A stretch of DNA of 64,000 nucleotides from Eubacteriales bacterium (GTDB lineage: Bacteria; Bacillota; Clostridia; Oscillospirales; CAG-272), in the NCBI GenBank assembly GCA_045612385.1, contig JAZKYZ010000023.1, positions 9,766-73,765 on the forward strand. The letters run 5' to 3'. The notes beneath the pieces were generated by a model. That model was given only the letters and a program-made list of their open reading frames with translations. It ran no database searches and was not told the origin of the DNA. This document shows, in pieces, positions 55,578 to 63,379 of the stretch. A program made the position numbers and the translations under genes. The first letter of the stretch is position 1. Every line of letters begins with the position of its first letter.

Positions 55578-57299
55578 ATGCAACAAGAGAAAAGAAAAAC
55601 CACACAAGGTCTTTTATTAAATCTCCTGTCTGATGGTACAGGCTATGAGGTCTGTGGTATGGGAACTGCCACAGAAAGCGATATTTATATTGATCGGGCT
55701 GAGGACGGCTTGCCGATTTGTAAAATAGGACGAAGAGCCTTTCAATATTGCAAAGTCATCACATCCGTCACCTTAGGCGAGTCGGTGAAAAGCATTGAAT
55801 CCTACGCCTTTACGGGTGCCAGCAACTTAAAAAGCCTGAAGGTCGAAAATACAATAGATGCAATCGGCGACGGTGCCTCTCTACGTTGCAATGCTCTTGA
55901 GGAGGTCGATCTCGGTGGACCAAGCAATTTGCGACTTTACAACTATGCCTTTCGTGAGTGTACCTCTCTCAAGAAAATCACCATCCCCGATGGTACTTAT
56001 TCTTTGGCAGATGGTTTGTTTCTCGGTTGCACCTCTCTTCAAACCGTTTGTGTGCCCGACACAATGAAGTATTTTGGAGGTGGCGCCTTTTATGGTTGCA
56101 CATCTCTTGAAAATGTAAATATTCCTTCACAAATTGGTGGAATTGCGGAAGGATGCTTCCGTTTTTGTGAGAAATTGAATGGTATCACTCTTCCGGAAGG
56201 AATGACGTCAATTATGGCAAAGGCCTTTGACGGATGCCATTCTCTTGAAAAAATCAATCTCCCTGAATCCTTGATATGGATGAATCGTGGCGCATTTTTG
56301 GATTGTACCTCGCTCACCTCCGTTCATATCCCTTCAGGCATTGAAAGGTGGGAGGGTGACGTTTTTCAGGGATGTACCTCCTTAAAGAGCGCTTCTTTTG
56401 CCGAAGGAACAACCATTGTTCCGCCTGGTATATTCAGTCAATGTAAATCGCTTATGACAGTCACCCTGCCCGAAAGCATTACAGAGATATCGGGTGGCGC
56501 ATTTGAAGGCTGTTGCGCTCTTGAGAACATCTCCCTTCCCAAAGGGCTTGTTCGTATTGCTGGCAATGCCTTTCAGGATACCTCTATTCGTGTAATGGAA
56601 CTTCCGAAGAGCGTGAGCTGGCTTGGTGGCTCCTGCTTTCAAGGGTGTACCTCTCTTGTTCGTGTTGATATCCCTGAAGGCCTGCAAGTAATTTGCGCAT
56701 CCATTTTTGAGGGATGCACAGCCTTGACCTCTCTCACCCTTCCCGAAAGCGTCAAGGAAATTCGTCAAAATGCCTTTAAGGACTGTGTCGCTTTGGTTTC
56801 TATCTCCATTCCCGATGGTGTGGAAAGCGTGGGCAAGCAAGCCTTTTATCAATGTAAAGCGCTTTCCGAAGTGAATTTCCCAGATACTTTGGTACGTATT
56901 GAAGAAAGCGCCTTTGAATATTGCAGAGCGCTTCAAAGCGTACAGCTTCCCCCTTCCTTGAAATATTTGCAAGCTCGCGCTTTTGCAAATTGCTCGTCTT
57001 TATCCGACATTTCCTTCCCTGAGAAGATGGAGGAAATCGGTGAATTTGCTTTTATCTGTTGCGATTCCCTTACATCCATTCACCTTCCCGAAGGCATAAA
57101 ATACCTCGCAGGTGGCATTTTGATGTCGTGTAGCAATTTGCGTGAGGCATACGTTCCAAAGAGCGTATGCTCCATCCGTGGCTGGGCATTTCATCACTGT
57201 CCCTCCCTCGAAAAACTGGTTTTTGGAAATCCGATCGGCTGGGGGGATGACGCGCTCTATTCCGACCCCTGCGCCCTCGCACAGAAATTTCGGAAATAA
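55578..57299 (+). CDS. BspA-like leucine-rich repeat protein
   Basis: About 20 tandem ~23-aa repeats of the pattern F.GC.SL.S(V/I).(I/L)P..(V/I).I....F, as in the bacterial LRR_5/BspA type. No signal peptide or anchor is visible. Confidence 0.75.
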   Translation: MQQEKRKTTQGLLLNLLSDGTGYEVCGMGTATESDIYIDRAEDGLPICKIGRRAFQYCKVITSVTLGESVKSIESYAFTGASNLKSLKVENTIDAIGDGASLRCNALEEVDLGGPSNLRLYNYAFRECTSLKKITIPDGTYSLADGLFLGCTSLQTVCVPDTMKYFGGGAFYGCTSLENVNIPSQIGGIAEGCFRFCEKLNGITLPEGMTSIMAKAFDGCHSLEKINLPESLIWMNRGAFLDCTSLTSVHIPSGIERWEGDVFQGCTSLKSASFAEGTTIVPPGIFSQCKSLMTVTLPESITEISGGAFEGCCALENISLPKGLVRIAGNAFQDTSIRVMELPKSVSWLGGSCFQGCTSLVRVDIPEGLQVICASIFEGCTALTSLTLPESVKEIRQNAFKDCVALVSISIPDGVESVGKQAFYQCKALSEVNFPDTLVRIEESAFEYCRALQSVQLPPSLKYLQARAFANCSSLSDISFPEKMEEIGEFAFICCDSLTSIHLPEGIKYLAGGILMSCSNLREAYVPKSVCSIRGWAFHHCPSLEKLVFGNPIGWGDDALYSDPCALAQKFRK

Positions 57300-57318
57300 T
57301 CTCTCGCCACAATCCTTG

Positions 57319-57354
57319 AAAAATCCCACCGAAGTCATTTTCGGTGGTTTTTTC
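57319..57354 (+). terminator. Terminator after the LRR gene
   Basis: ccaccgaa / ttcggtgg stem followed by T7. Confidence 0.7.
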
Positions 57355-57420
57355 GTTCCTCCATCTTCGCTCATAGCTACATTCAGTTTCCACATCCCTT
57401 TTTATAATACCTACCTCGCT

Positions 57421-57520
57421 ATCCTTTTTTCATTTCTCCCCCTTTTCCTCCCTTTTTTCCTTTTTCCTTCCATTTTCTTGCCTTTTTCTCTCCATTTTCC
57501 TTCCGTTTTTGCTTCTTTTG
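57421..57520 (+). repeat. Polypyrimidine tract (about 92% C/T on the + strand) with a degenerate ~22-nt tandem duplication
   Basis: I count 8 purines in 100 nt. The units tccattttcttgcctttttctc and tccattttccttccgtttttgc are adjacent. Confidence 0.6.
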
Positions 57521-57531
57521 GAAAAAAACTC

Positions 57532-57567
57532 TTGACAAAAGCAATATTTCGTGTTACGATATATATC
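57532..57567 (+). promoter_or_regulatory. Sigma-A type promoter of the padR operon with an overlapping palindrome
   Basis: TTGACA, 17 nt, TACGAT. A perfect 10-bp palindrome GATATATATC (57558-57567) spans the -10/+1 region and is a candidate PadR operator. Confidence 0.5.
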
Positions 57568-57584
57568 ACAAGGAGGAATATTCT

Positions 57585-57902
57585 ATGGATATTCAACTAA
57601 AAAGAGGGCTTCTTGACGTCTGCGTCTTGAGCACCATTAAGAGTGGTGACTCGTATGGCTATCAGATGATCAAGGATATGAAGCCATATATCGAGATGTC
57701 GGTATCGACACTATACACCATACTCAAGCGCCTTGAACTTTCTGGAATGATTACCGTTTACAGTATGGAACACGGTGGCAGAATTCGCAAGTATTACCAC
57801 ATTACAAAGGCGGGACTTGTCAGAATTGAGGATTTCCAAGAAGAATGGCGAGAGGTTATGAGTATTTATCGCTATGTCACGAGAGAGGATGAAAGAAAAT
57901 GA
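57585..57902 (+). CDS. PadR-family transcriptional regulator
   Basis: LLDVCVLSTIKSGDSYGYQMIKDM...STLYTILKRLELSGMI winged-helix pattern. Confidence 0.85.
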   Translation: MDIQLKRGLLDVCVLSTIKSGDSYGYQMIKDMKPYIEMSVSTLYTILKRLELSGMITVYSMEHGGRIRKYYHITKAGLVRIEDFQEEWREVMSIYRYVTREDERK

Positions 57903-58501
57903 CAAAAACCACATTTCTCTATCAGTTGAAAAATCAATTATCTTTGATCCCCGAAAAGGAAAGGGAAGAGAGAATTTCCTTTTATAGTGAAATGATCGAC
58001 GATCGTATAGAAGAGGGAATCTGCGAGGAAGAGGCTGTCGAAAGCATTGGTTCGCTTGACACGATTGTCCACGATATTTTGGAAGAAATACGTTTATCAA
58101 AACAATCCGACACCAGCGCCAAGACGAAAAAACAATGGAAAGCGTGGGAAATCGTCCTTTTGGCGCTTGGCTCCCTCCTTTGGATTGTGCTGATTGCGAG
58201 CGCCTTCGTGGTCTTGCTCTCCTTCTTTCTTTCGCTTTGGAGCGTTGTGGCATCTCTGCTTGCAGTTGGTATCTCCCTTCCTGTCGCGAGCATAGGTTCT
58301 CTTGTCATTTTTGCGATATCACTTTTGGGAGGGAACCTTCCTTTTGGGTTCGTTATGCTCGGTGTGGCAGTATTTTCGGCAGGACTTTCTATTTTTGCCT
58401 TTTTTGGCGTGAAGCTCGCTATCAAAGGCGCGTGGATTCTTACGAAAAAGACAGTTTCAGGAATTCTTCAGTTATTTCATAGAAAGGAAGAACAAGAATG
58501 A
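57899..58501 (+). CDS. DUF1700-like membrane protein (PadR-associated)
   Basis: N-terminus FLYQLKNQLSLIPEKEREERISFYSEMIDD, then 3-4 TM helices. There is a 4-nt overlap with padR. Confidence 0.7.
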   Translation: MTKTTFLYQLKNQLSLIPEKEREERISFYSEMIDDRIEEGICEEEAVESIGSLDTIVHDILEEIRLSKQSDTSAKTKKQWKAWEIVLLALGSLLWIVLIASAFVVLLSFFLSLWSVVASLLAVGISLPVASIGSLVIFAISLLGGNLPFGFVMLGVAVFSAGLSIFAFFGVKLAIKGAWILTKKTVSGILQLFHRKEEQE

Positions 58502-59472
58502 GTCACGTTGTTAGAAGAAATATTTTTATTGCGACAATTCTTGCCGTAGTTGGGCTTGCCATTTTCGCTGTTACAATGACAGTGTTGAAATGGGATTTTG
58601 AAAAACTTTCGTGGGGAGATAAGACAATGACAACGTATGAAATCAGCGAATCCTTCAATAGCATCACCATTCTGGAAGAAACAACGGACATTCAAATTCT
58701 TCCGTCGGAGGATGAAACGGCTCATATTTCGTATACACAAAAGAAAAATTACACACAAACCGTTACTGTTTTTGACGGTACATTACGTATCGAAATTGCA
58801 GATACAAGAAGATGGTATGAGCGAATTTTCAACTTTACCTCCCATAAAGTTGTTCTTTATTTGCCCAAAGGGGAATATGAAGGCCTGACAGTAAACGCCG
58901 ATACCGGTGATATTGACGTAGCAAGCGCCTTTGCCTTTTCCAGCATTGATATCGTCGCAGATACGGGGGACATTCGTTGCCTCGCCTCCTCAAGTGGAAG
59001 CATCAAAATACAGACAAGCACAGGTGAGATTACCCTTAGTAATTTAGTGGCAGATACGATCGCTCTCACCACCACAACAGGTGATATTGAACTTACGAAT
59101 ATTGAATGCCAAAGCTCTGTTACGCTTTTGGTGAATACTGGAGATATCAAACTCTCCTCCGTACGCTGTGAGGATCTTCTCTCTCGTGGAGATACAGGCG
59201 ATATCGAACTTCGGGATGTTATTGCGCAGGGAGCGTTCAAAATTGAGCGAGATACAGGTGACGTTGAACTGGATGGCTCGGATGCCACAGAAATATTTAT
59301 CCAAACAGATACAGGTGATGTTGAAGGAAGTCTGCTTTCTGAAAAAATCTTTCTTGTGAGAAGCAATACGGGAAAAATCTCTGTTCCCAAGAGCGTAAAT
59401 GGTGGCAGATGCGAAATTGAAACAGATACAGGAGATATTATTATTTTTGTGAAAGGTGGAGAAACCACTTGA
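58498..59472 (+). CDS. DUF4097-like beta-helix repeat protein with an N-terminal TM anchor
   Basis: About ten repeats centred on (D/N)TGD(I/V) spaced ~20 aa apart. It has an N-terminal TM helix and overlaps the upstream gene by 4 nt. Confidence 0.7.
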   Translation: MSHVVRRNIFIATILAVVGLAIFAVTMTVLKWDFEKLSWGDKTMTTYEISESFNSITILEETTDIQILPSEDETAHISYTQKKNYTQTVTVFDGTLRIEIADTRRWYERIFNFTSHKVVLYLPKGEYEGLTVNADTGDIDVASAFAFSSIDIVADTGDIRCLASSSGSIKIQTSTGEITLSNLVADTIALTTTTGDIELTNIECQSSVTLLVNTGDIKLSSVRCEDLLSRGDTGDIELRDVIAQGAFKIERDTGDVELDGSDATEIFIQTDTGDVEGSLLSEKIFLVRSNTGKISVPKSVNGGRCEIETDTGDIIIFVKGGETT

Positions 59473-59521
59473 CCTTTTCCTTTTGTTGTAGTATAATGAA
59501 CGTATTACCAAAAAGGAAAAA

Positions 59522-60190
59522 ATGATGATAAAGCTTTGTATTTTTGATTTGGATGGTACGGTGCTGGATACCGTTCATAGCATTGCCTATTTTTGCAACT
59601 GCGTGCTTGAAAAGAGAGGTATTGCGCCCTTCGCTGACGAAGAATATAATTACCTCGCAGGAGGTGGCGCCCCTAACCTGATTCATCAGGTGTTAGAACG
59701 ACGTGGGCTGGATACTCCTGAACTTTTTGAAGAGGTGCTTTCTGAATATTCCCCTATGTACCGTGAGAACGTGACATATAAAACCAAAATTTTTGACGGA
59801 CTGAAAGAACAACTCGATATTTTAAAGGAAAAAGGATATCGACTCGCTATTGTGTCAAACAAGATTGATGCGCAAGCGCAGGCAGTCGTCAATGCCACCT
59901 ATGGCAAAGGCTACTTTGATTATGTGACAGGACAAAAGCCTGGTGGTCCGGTAAAGCCTGACATCACAGAGGTCATAGGCGTGTTTGACTACTTCGGTGT
60001 CACTCCTGATGAGTGCCTCTACTTTGGTGATACCTCGACGGATATGATCACAGGAAAGCGTGCAGGTATTTTCACCGTAGGCGTTCTGTGGGGATTTCGT
60101 GGCGAGGATGAATTGCGTTCGACGGGCGCTGATCACATTCTTCGCCTACCGACAGAACTCGCAGAGTTTGTGTTAAATTATAAAGCATAA
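59522..60190 (+). CDS. HAD-superfamily hydrolase (phosphoglycolate phosphatase-like)
   Basis: Motif I FDLDGTVLDT, motif II VSNK, motif IV GDTSTDMITG. Confidence 0.8.
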   Translation: MMIKLCIFDLDGTVLDTVHSIAYFCNCVLEKRGIAPFADEEYNYLAGGGAPNLIHQVLERRGLDTPELFEEVLSEYSPMYRENVTYKTKIFDGLKEQLDILKEKGYRLAIVSNKIDAQAQAVVNATYGKGYFDYVTGQKPGGPVKPDITEVIGVFDYFGVTPDECLYFGDTSTDMITGKRAGIFTVGVLWGFRGEDELRSTGADHILRLPTELAEFVLNYKA

Positions 60191-60200
60191 GGAGATAAAA

Positions 60201-60518
60201 ATGGACTGGTTAGAAACATTTGTTTACAATTCACTTGGAATTTCGCTCATTACTCTTGTTCTTTACATTTTTGCTGGACTATCCGCCCTCACCCTTCTTC
60301 TTTATCTGATTGATAAAATTAAGGCAAAGGTTGGCGCGTGGAGAATTTCGGAAAAGACCCTTCTTCTCTTTTCCTTCTTCGGCGGTGGCGTTGGTGGCGC
60401 TCTCGGAATGCTTTTGTTCCGTCATAAAACACGTCACTGGTATTTCGTCGTTGTCAATATTCTCGGCGTTCTCCTGCAAGCGGGCGTTCTTGTTTACCTC
60501 TACTTTTTCTACATTTAA
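60201..60518 (+). CDS. DUF1294-like small membrane protein
   Basis: DKIKAKVGAWRISEKTLLLFSFFGGGVGGALGMLLFRHKTRHWYF matches my memory of the DUF1294 core. Three TM helices. Confidence 0.65.
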   Translation: MDWLETFVYNSLGISLITLVLYIFAGLSALTLLLYLIDKIKAKVGAWRISEKTLLLFSFFGGGVGGALGMLLFRHKTRHWYFVVVNILGVLLQAGVLVYLYFFYI

Positions 60519-60529
60519 TTCTATAAACC

Positions 60530-60563
60530 GAAAAAAGCCTTTGCACACGCGCAAAGGCTTTTT
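60530..60563 (+). terminator. Terminator after the DUF1294 gene
   Basis: aagcctttgc / gcaaaggctt 10-bp stem followed by a T-run. Confidence 0.7.
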
Positions 60564-60592
60564 CTTGACATTAGGTGAGTAGCGTGGTATAC
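60564..60592 (+). promoter_or_regulatory. Sigma-A type promoter upstream of the sigma factor gene
   Basis: TTGACA, 17 nt, TATACT, with a TGg extended -10. Confidence 0.55.
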
Positions 60593-60622
60593 TGATAGAA
60601 AGTTTAAAAAAATTGGAATTTC

Positions 60623-60649
60623 TGTAACCTTTTACTGAAAAATTCCGTC
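60623..60649 (+). promoter_or_regulatory. Candidate ECF-type autoregulatory promoter
   Basis: TGTAAC, 17 nt, CGTC, about 48 nt upstream of the sigma start codon. It resembles the Bacillus SigX/SigM/SigW class (TGAAAC/TGTAAC N16-17 CGTC/CGTA). Confidence 0.4.
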
Positions 60650-60696
60650 TTTATAAGTGTAAAGGCCTTTCACGAACACAAAAGGAGGTGTCACAA

Positions 60697-61251
60697 ATGA
60701 GCATTGACGAACGACTTATCGACCAATTTTTAAAGCGGGACGAAAAGGTGCTTGAGGAGATTGAAGGGCATTATGGCTCCTATTGCCGTAGTGTCGCAAG
60801 GAATATTTTAAACAATGCGACAGAGGCGCAGGATTGCGTTACAGACGCCTATATGCACGCTTGGAATCATATCCCTCCCGATTCGCCTAAAAGTCTACTT
60901 GCTTATCTGTGCCGTATTGCGCGCAACCTCGCTATCGACCTCTATCGTAAAAAACGCGCAGGCAAACGCTCCTTGCATATGGAAACACTGCTTTCCGAGC
61001 TGGAAGAGTGCATTGGCGCAAAGAACGAGGATATCACCGAAACGCTTGCTCTGCGTGATGCTCTGAACGCATATCTTTCGACCCTTCCCACCCTCGCGCG
61101 AAAGGTTTTTGTGCGCCGTTACTTTTACGCCTCCACCATTAGCGAGATTGCAAAAGAATTCGGTCTTACCGATAGCGCCGTCAAAACATCTCTCCACCGT
61201 TCAAGATATGCCTTAAAAACTTATCTTCAAGAGAAAGGAATACAAGTATGA
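60697..61251 (+). CDS. ECF-type (group 4) sigma-70 family sigma factor
   Basis: Region 2 (DCVTDAYMHAWNHIP...LCRIARNLAIDLYRKK) and region 4 (ISEIAKEFGLTDSAVKTSLHRSRYALK). GGAGG lies 8 nt before the ATG at 60697. Confidence 0.8.
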   Translation: MSIDERLIDQFLKRDEKVLEEIEGHYGSYCRSVARNILNNATEAQDCVTDAYMHAWNHIPPDSPKSLLAYLCRIARNLAIDLYRKKRAGKRSLHMETLLSELEECIGAKNEDITETLALRDALNAYLSTLPTLARKVFVRRYFYASTISEIAKEFGLTDSAVKTSLHRSRYALKTYLQEKGIQV

Positions 61252-63155
61252 AAAGAGACAGACTTTTTTCAGCATTTTCCGATATAGATGACTCCTATAT
61301 CGTGGAATCCAGACCGAAAAAGACACAAAAAAAGAAATATAACTGGCTTCGCTTTGGCGCATTTGCTGCAGCCCTCGCTCTCCTGCTCGCCTGGCTTTTT
61401 GTTCCCTTTACCTACAATCCAGGCGCAAAAGTAGCCAAATATCAGGGAAGCGAATATTATCCCGTTATCGCCAAAATCAATACCTATCTCTCCACCCCTC
61501 CAAGATATCAAAATAACTTCGATAAGATTTTCTCGAATTTGGTTTCTTGCTCAAAAGCAGATATGGCGCCAGGTGGTGGAAATTCTCCCGATATGGACAA
61601 CATTGTTAACGAGGGAATGCCCGAAGGATCTTACGAAGAAGTCACCGACAATCAGGTCGCAGGTGTCATTGAAGCCGACCGGATTAAGCGTACCTCGACA
61701 CATTTCTTCTACCTCGATGGCACGACCATTAAGGTCTATTCCATTGCTGGGGACTCCTCCGAGCTTGTCGAAGCCTTTGAAATTCCCAGACCCGAGTCGG
61801 CAAAGTATCTCTACGCGACAAATCTTGAGTTTTATCTCTCGACGGATGCAAAGCGTCTTACCGTTATCTATCCGTATTTTCACCAGAACCGTGAGAGCGT
61901 CTATGACATCATCTCTCTTAATGTCGAAAATCCCTTGCATATCACCGAGCAAAATCGCACCACAGTGACAGGATCGTATGTTTCAAGCCGTCTGGTAGAT
62001 GGCACCCTCCTCATTGTCGGTGAATACTATATTCATTACACCCCTGACTATGATAAGGAGGAAACCTTCCTTCCACAATACAATACTGGGGATGGCTTTG
62101 AGAGCATTCCTATGGACAATATCATTGCTCCAGAGCAAATCAACAGCCGTCGTTATACCGTTGTCACAAAGTATGAGGAGAGCACCTTGACCCTTCAGGA
62201 TACCCTCGCTGTTCTCTCTTACAGTGATGTGCTTTATGTTTCCGACACCTCGCTCTACCTCACCAGAAGTTATAGCGAAACTACCACAGAAGGTACCTTG
62301 CAGTACGCCAGCACCAAGAGCGACATTCTTCGTATTGATTACAGAGGCGAAGCCTTCGTAGAAAAAGGATGCGCCAAAGTGGATGGCTTTTTTGAAAACC
62401 AGTATAGTCTTGACGAATATGACGGTGTGCTTCGCGCCGTTACCACCACAACAAAAAATCGTGTGTACACGCAAAATGGTAACTGGCAAAATGGAATGGC
62501 CCTCGCTCCCGAATCTCTCTCCTTTGGCACCAGCGCAAGTCTATATCTGATCGACCTCGAAACAATGCAGACGATAAACAGCGTCATCGACTTTGCCCCC
62601 ATTGGCGAGACGGTTCGTTCGGTCCGTTTTGACGGCACGAATGCCTATGTCTGCACAGCCGTTCAAAGCACCGATCCCGTGTTTTTCTTCGACCTTTCCG
62701 ATAAGGACAATATCACCTATAAGGATACAGGCACCATTACAGGCTTCTCCACCTCGCTCATTCAACTCGGCAATGGCTTCCTGCTTGGTATCGGTCAGGG
62801 CGAAATGTGGGGTAGCGTAAAGGTAGAAATCTATGAAGAGAGCGAAAGCAGTGTCATCTCTGTCGCAAAATACGAAATCAAAGACGCAGGTTATTATGCG
62901 ACAGAATATAAATCCTACCTTATCGACCGTGAAAATGGACTCTTTGGTTTCTCCTACACCGACTACAAATACGCAGATAGTTATGGAAAATACGAAAACA
63001 CTTTTTATGTCGTTGTCCACTTCGATGGCTATCACCTTGTGGAGATTTCCAAAGTAGAACTCCCGGGTGGAAACTCCTCTCGTGCTGTCCACATTGATGA
63101 GTTCATCTACTTCTTTGGCGAGAATGCCTTTGTGGTGGATAATATCACAGATTAA
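61248..63155 (+). CDS. Membrane-anchored beta-propeller domain protein, putative anti-sigma/sensor partner
   Basis: ATGA overlap with the sigma gene. The short cytoplasmic N-terminus (LFSAFSDIDDSYIVES) is followed by one TM helix (FGAFAAALALLLAWLFVPF) and a ~570-aa extracytoplasmic region resembling the secreted beta-propeller family (from memory). Confidence 0.65.
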   Translation: MKRDRLFSAFSDIDDSYIVESRPKKTQKKKYNWLRFGAFAAALALLLAWLFVPFTYNPGAKVAKYQGSEYYPVIAKINTYLSTPPRYQNNFDKIFSNLVSCSKADMAPGGGNSPDMDNIVNEGMPEGSYEEVTDNQVAGVIEADRIKRTSTHFFYLDGTTIKVYSIAGDSSELVEAFEIPRPESAKYLYATNLEFYLSTDAKRLTVIYPYFHQNRESVYDIISLNVENPLHITEQNRTTVTGSYVSSRLVDGTLLIVGEYYIHYTPDYDKEETFLPQYNTGDGFESIPMDNIIAPEQINSRRYTVVTKYEESTLTLQDTLAVLSYSDVLYVSDTSLYLTRSYSETTTEGTLQYASTKSDILRIDYRGEAFVEKGCAKVDGFFENQYSLDEYDGVLRAVTTTTKNRVYTQNGNWQNGMALAPESLSFGTSASLYLIDLETMQTINSVIDFAPIGETVRSVRFDGTNAYVCTAVQSTDPVFFFDLSDKDNITYKDTGTITGFSTSLIQLGNGFLLGIGQGEMWGSVKVEIYEESESSVISVAKYEIKDAGYYATEYKSYLIDRENGLFGFSYTDYKYADSYGKYENTFYVVVHFDGYHLVEISKVELPGGNSSRAVHIDEFIYFFGENAFVVDNITD

Positions 63156-63213
63156 TCTCTTATAGAGTTGCAGTTCTGTTAGAGAATGATTCCTTGTATG
63201 ATAATTACAGCAA

Positions 63214-63256
63214 CAAAAAATGCAGATTTTGACTTGTGCAAAATCTGCATTTTCTT
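63214..63256. terminator. Strong bidirectional terminator
   Basis: A 14-bp perfect stem aaaatgcagatttt / aaaatctgcatttt, A-rich on the 5' side and T-rich on the 3' side. Confidence 0.8.
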
Positions 63257-63317
63257 ATATATCCACTCCTACCTCTCAAAGCCTCGCCCTATGGGAAAGG
63301 CGAAGATCTTGTGATGT

Positions 63318-63347
63318 AGGGCGGGGGTTTACTCCCGCCGTTTTTCG
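63318..63347 (+). terminator. Plus-strand terminator hairpin with no assigned gene
   Basis: ggcggg / cccgcc stem with a ggtttact loop, followed by gTTTTT. It has no U-run when read on the minus strand. Confidence 0.5.
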
Positions 63348-63379
63348 TCTAATTCTCAGGCAAACTTCTGTACAGGCAC

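Noticed and set aside
57411-57596. A 61-aa Lys/Arg/Glu-rich minus-strand ORF.
   Set aside because: It is simply the complement of the polypyrimidine tract (poly-purine gives AAR/GAR/AGR codons). It runs across the padR promoter and there is no RBS.
58857-59468. A 203-aa minus-strand ORF (and the 155-aa ORF at 59044-59511) opposite the DUF4097-like gene.
   Set aside because: It is an artefact of the periodic ACAGGTGATATT-type repeats of the sense gene. The product is a Ser/Pro/Val-rich repeat mirror of the TGDI repeats with no start context.
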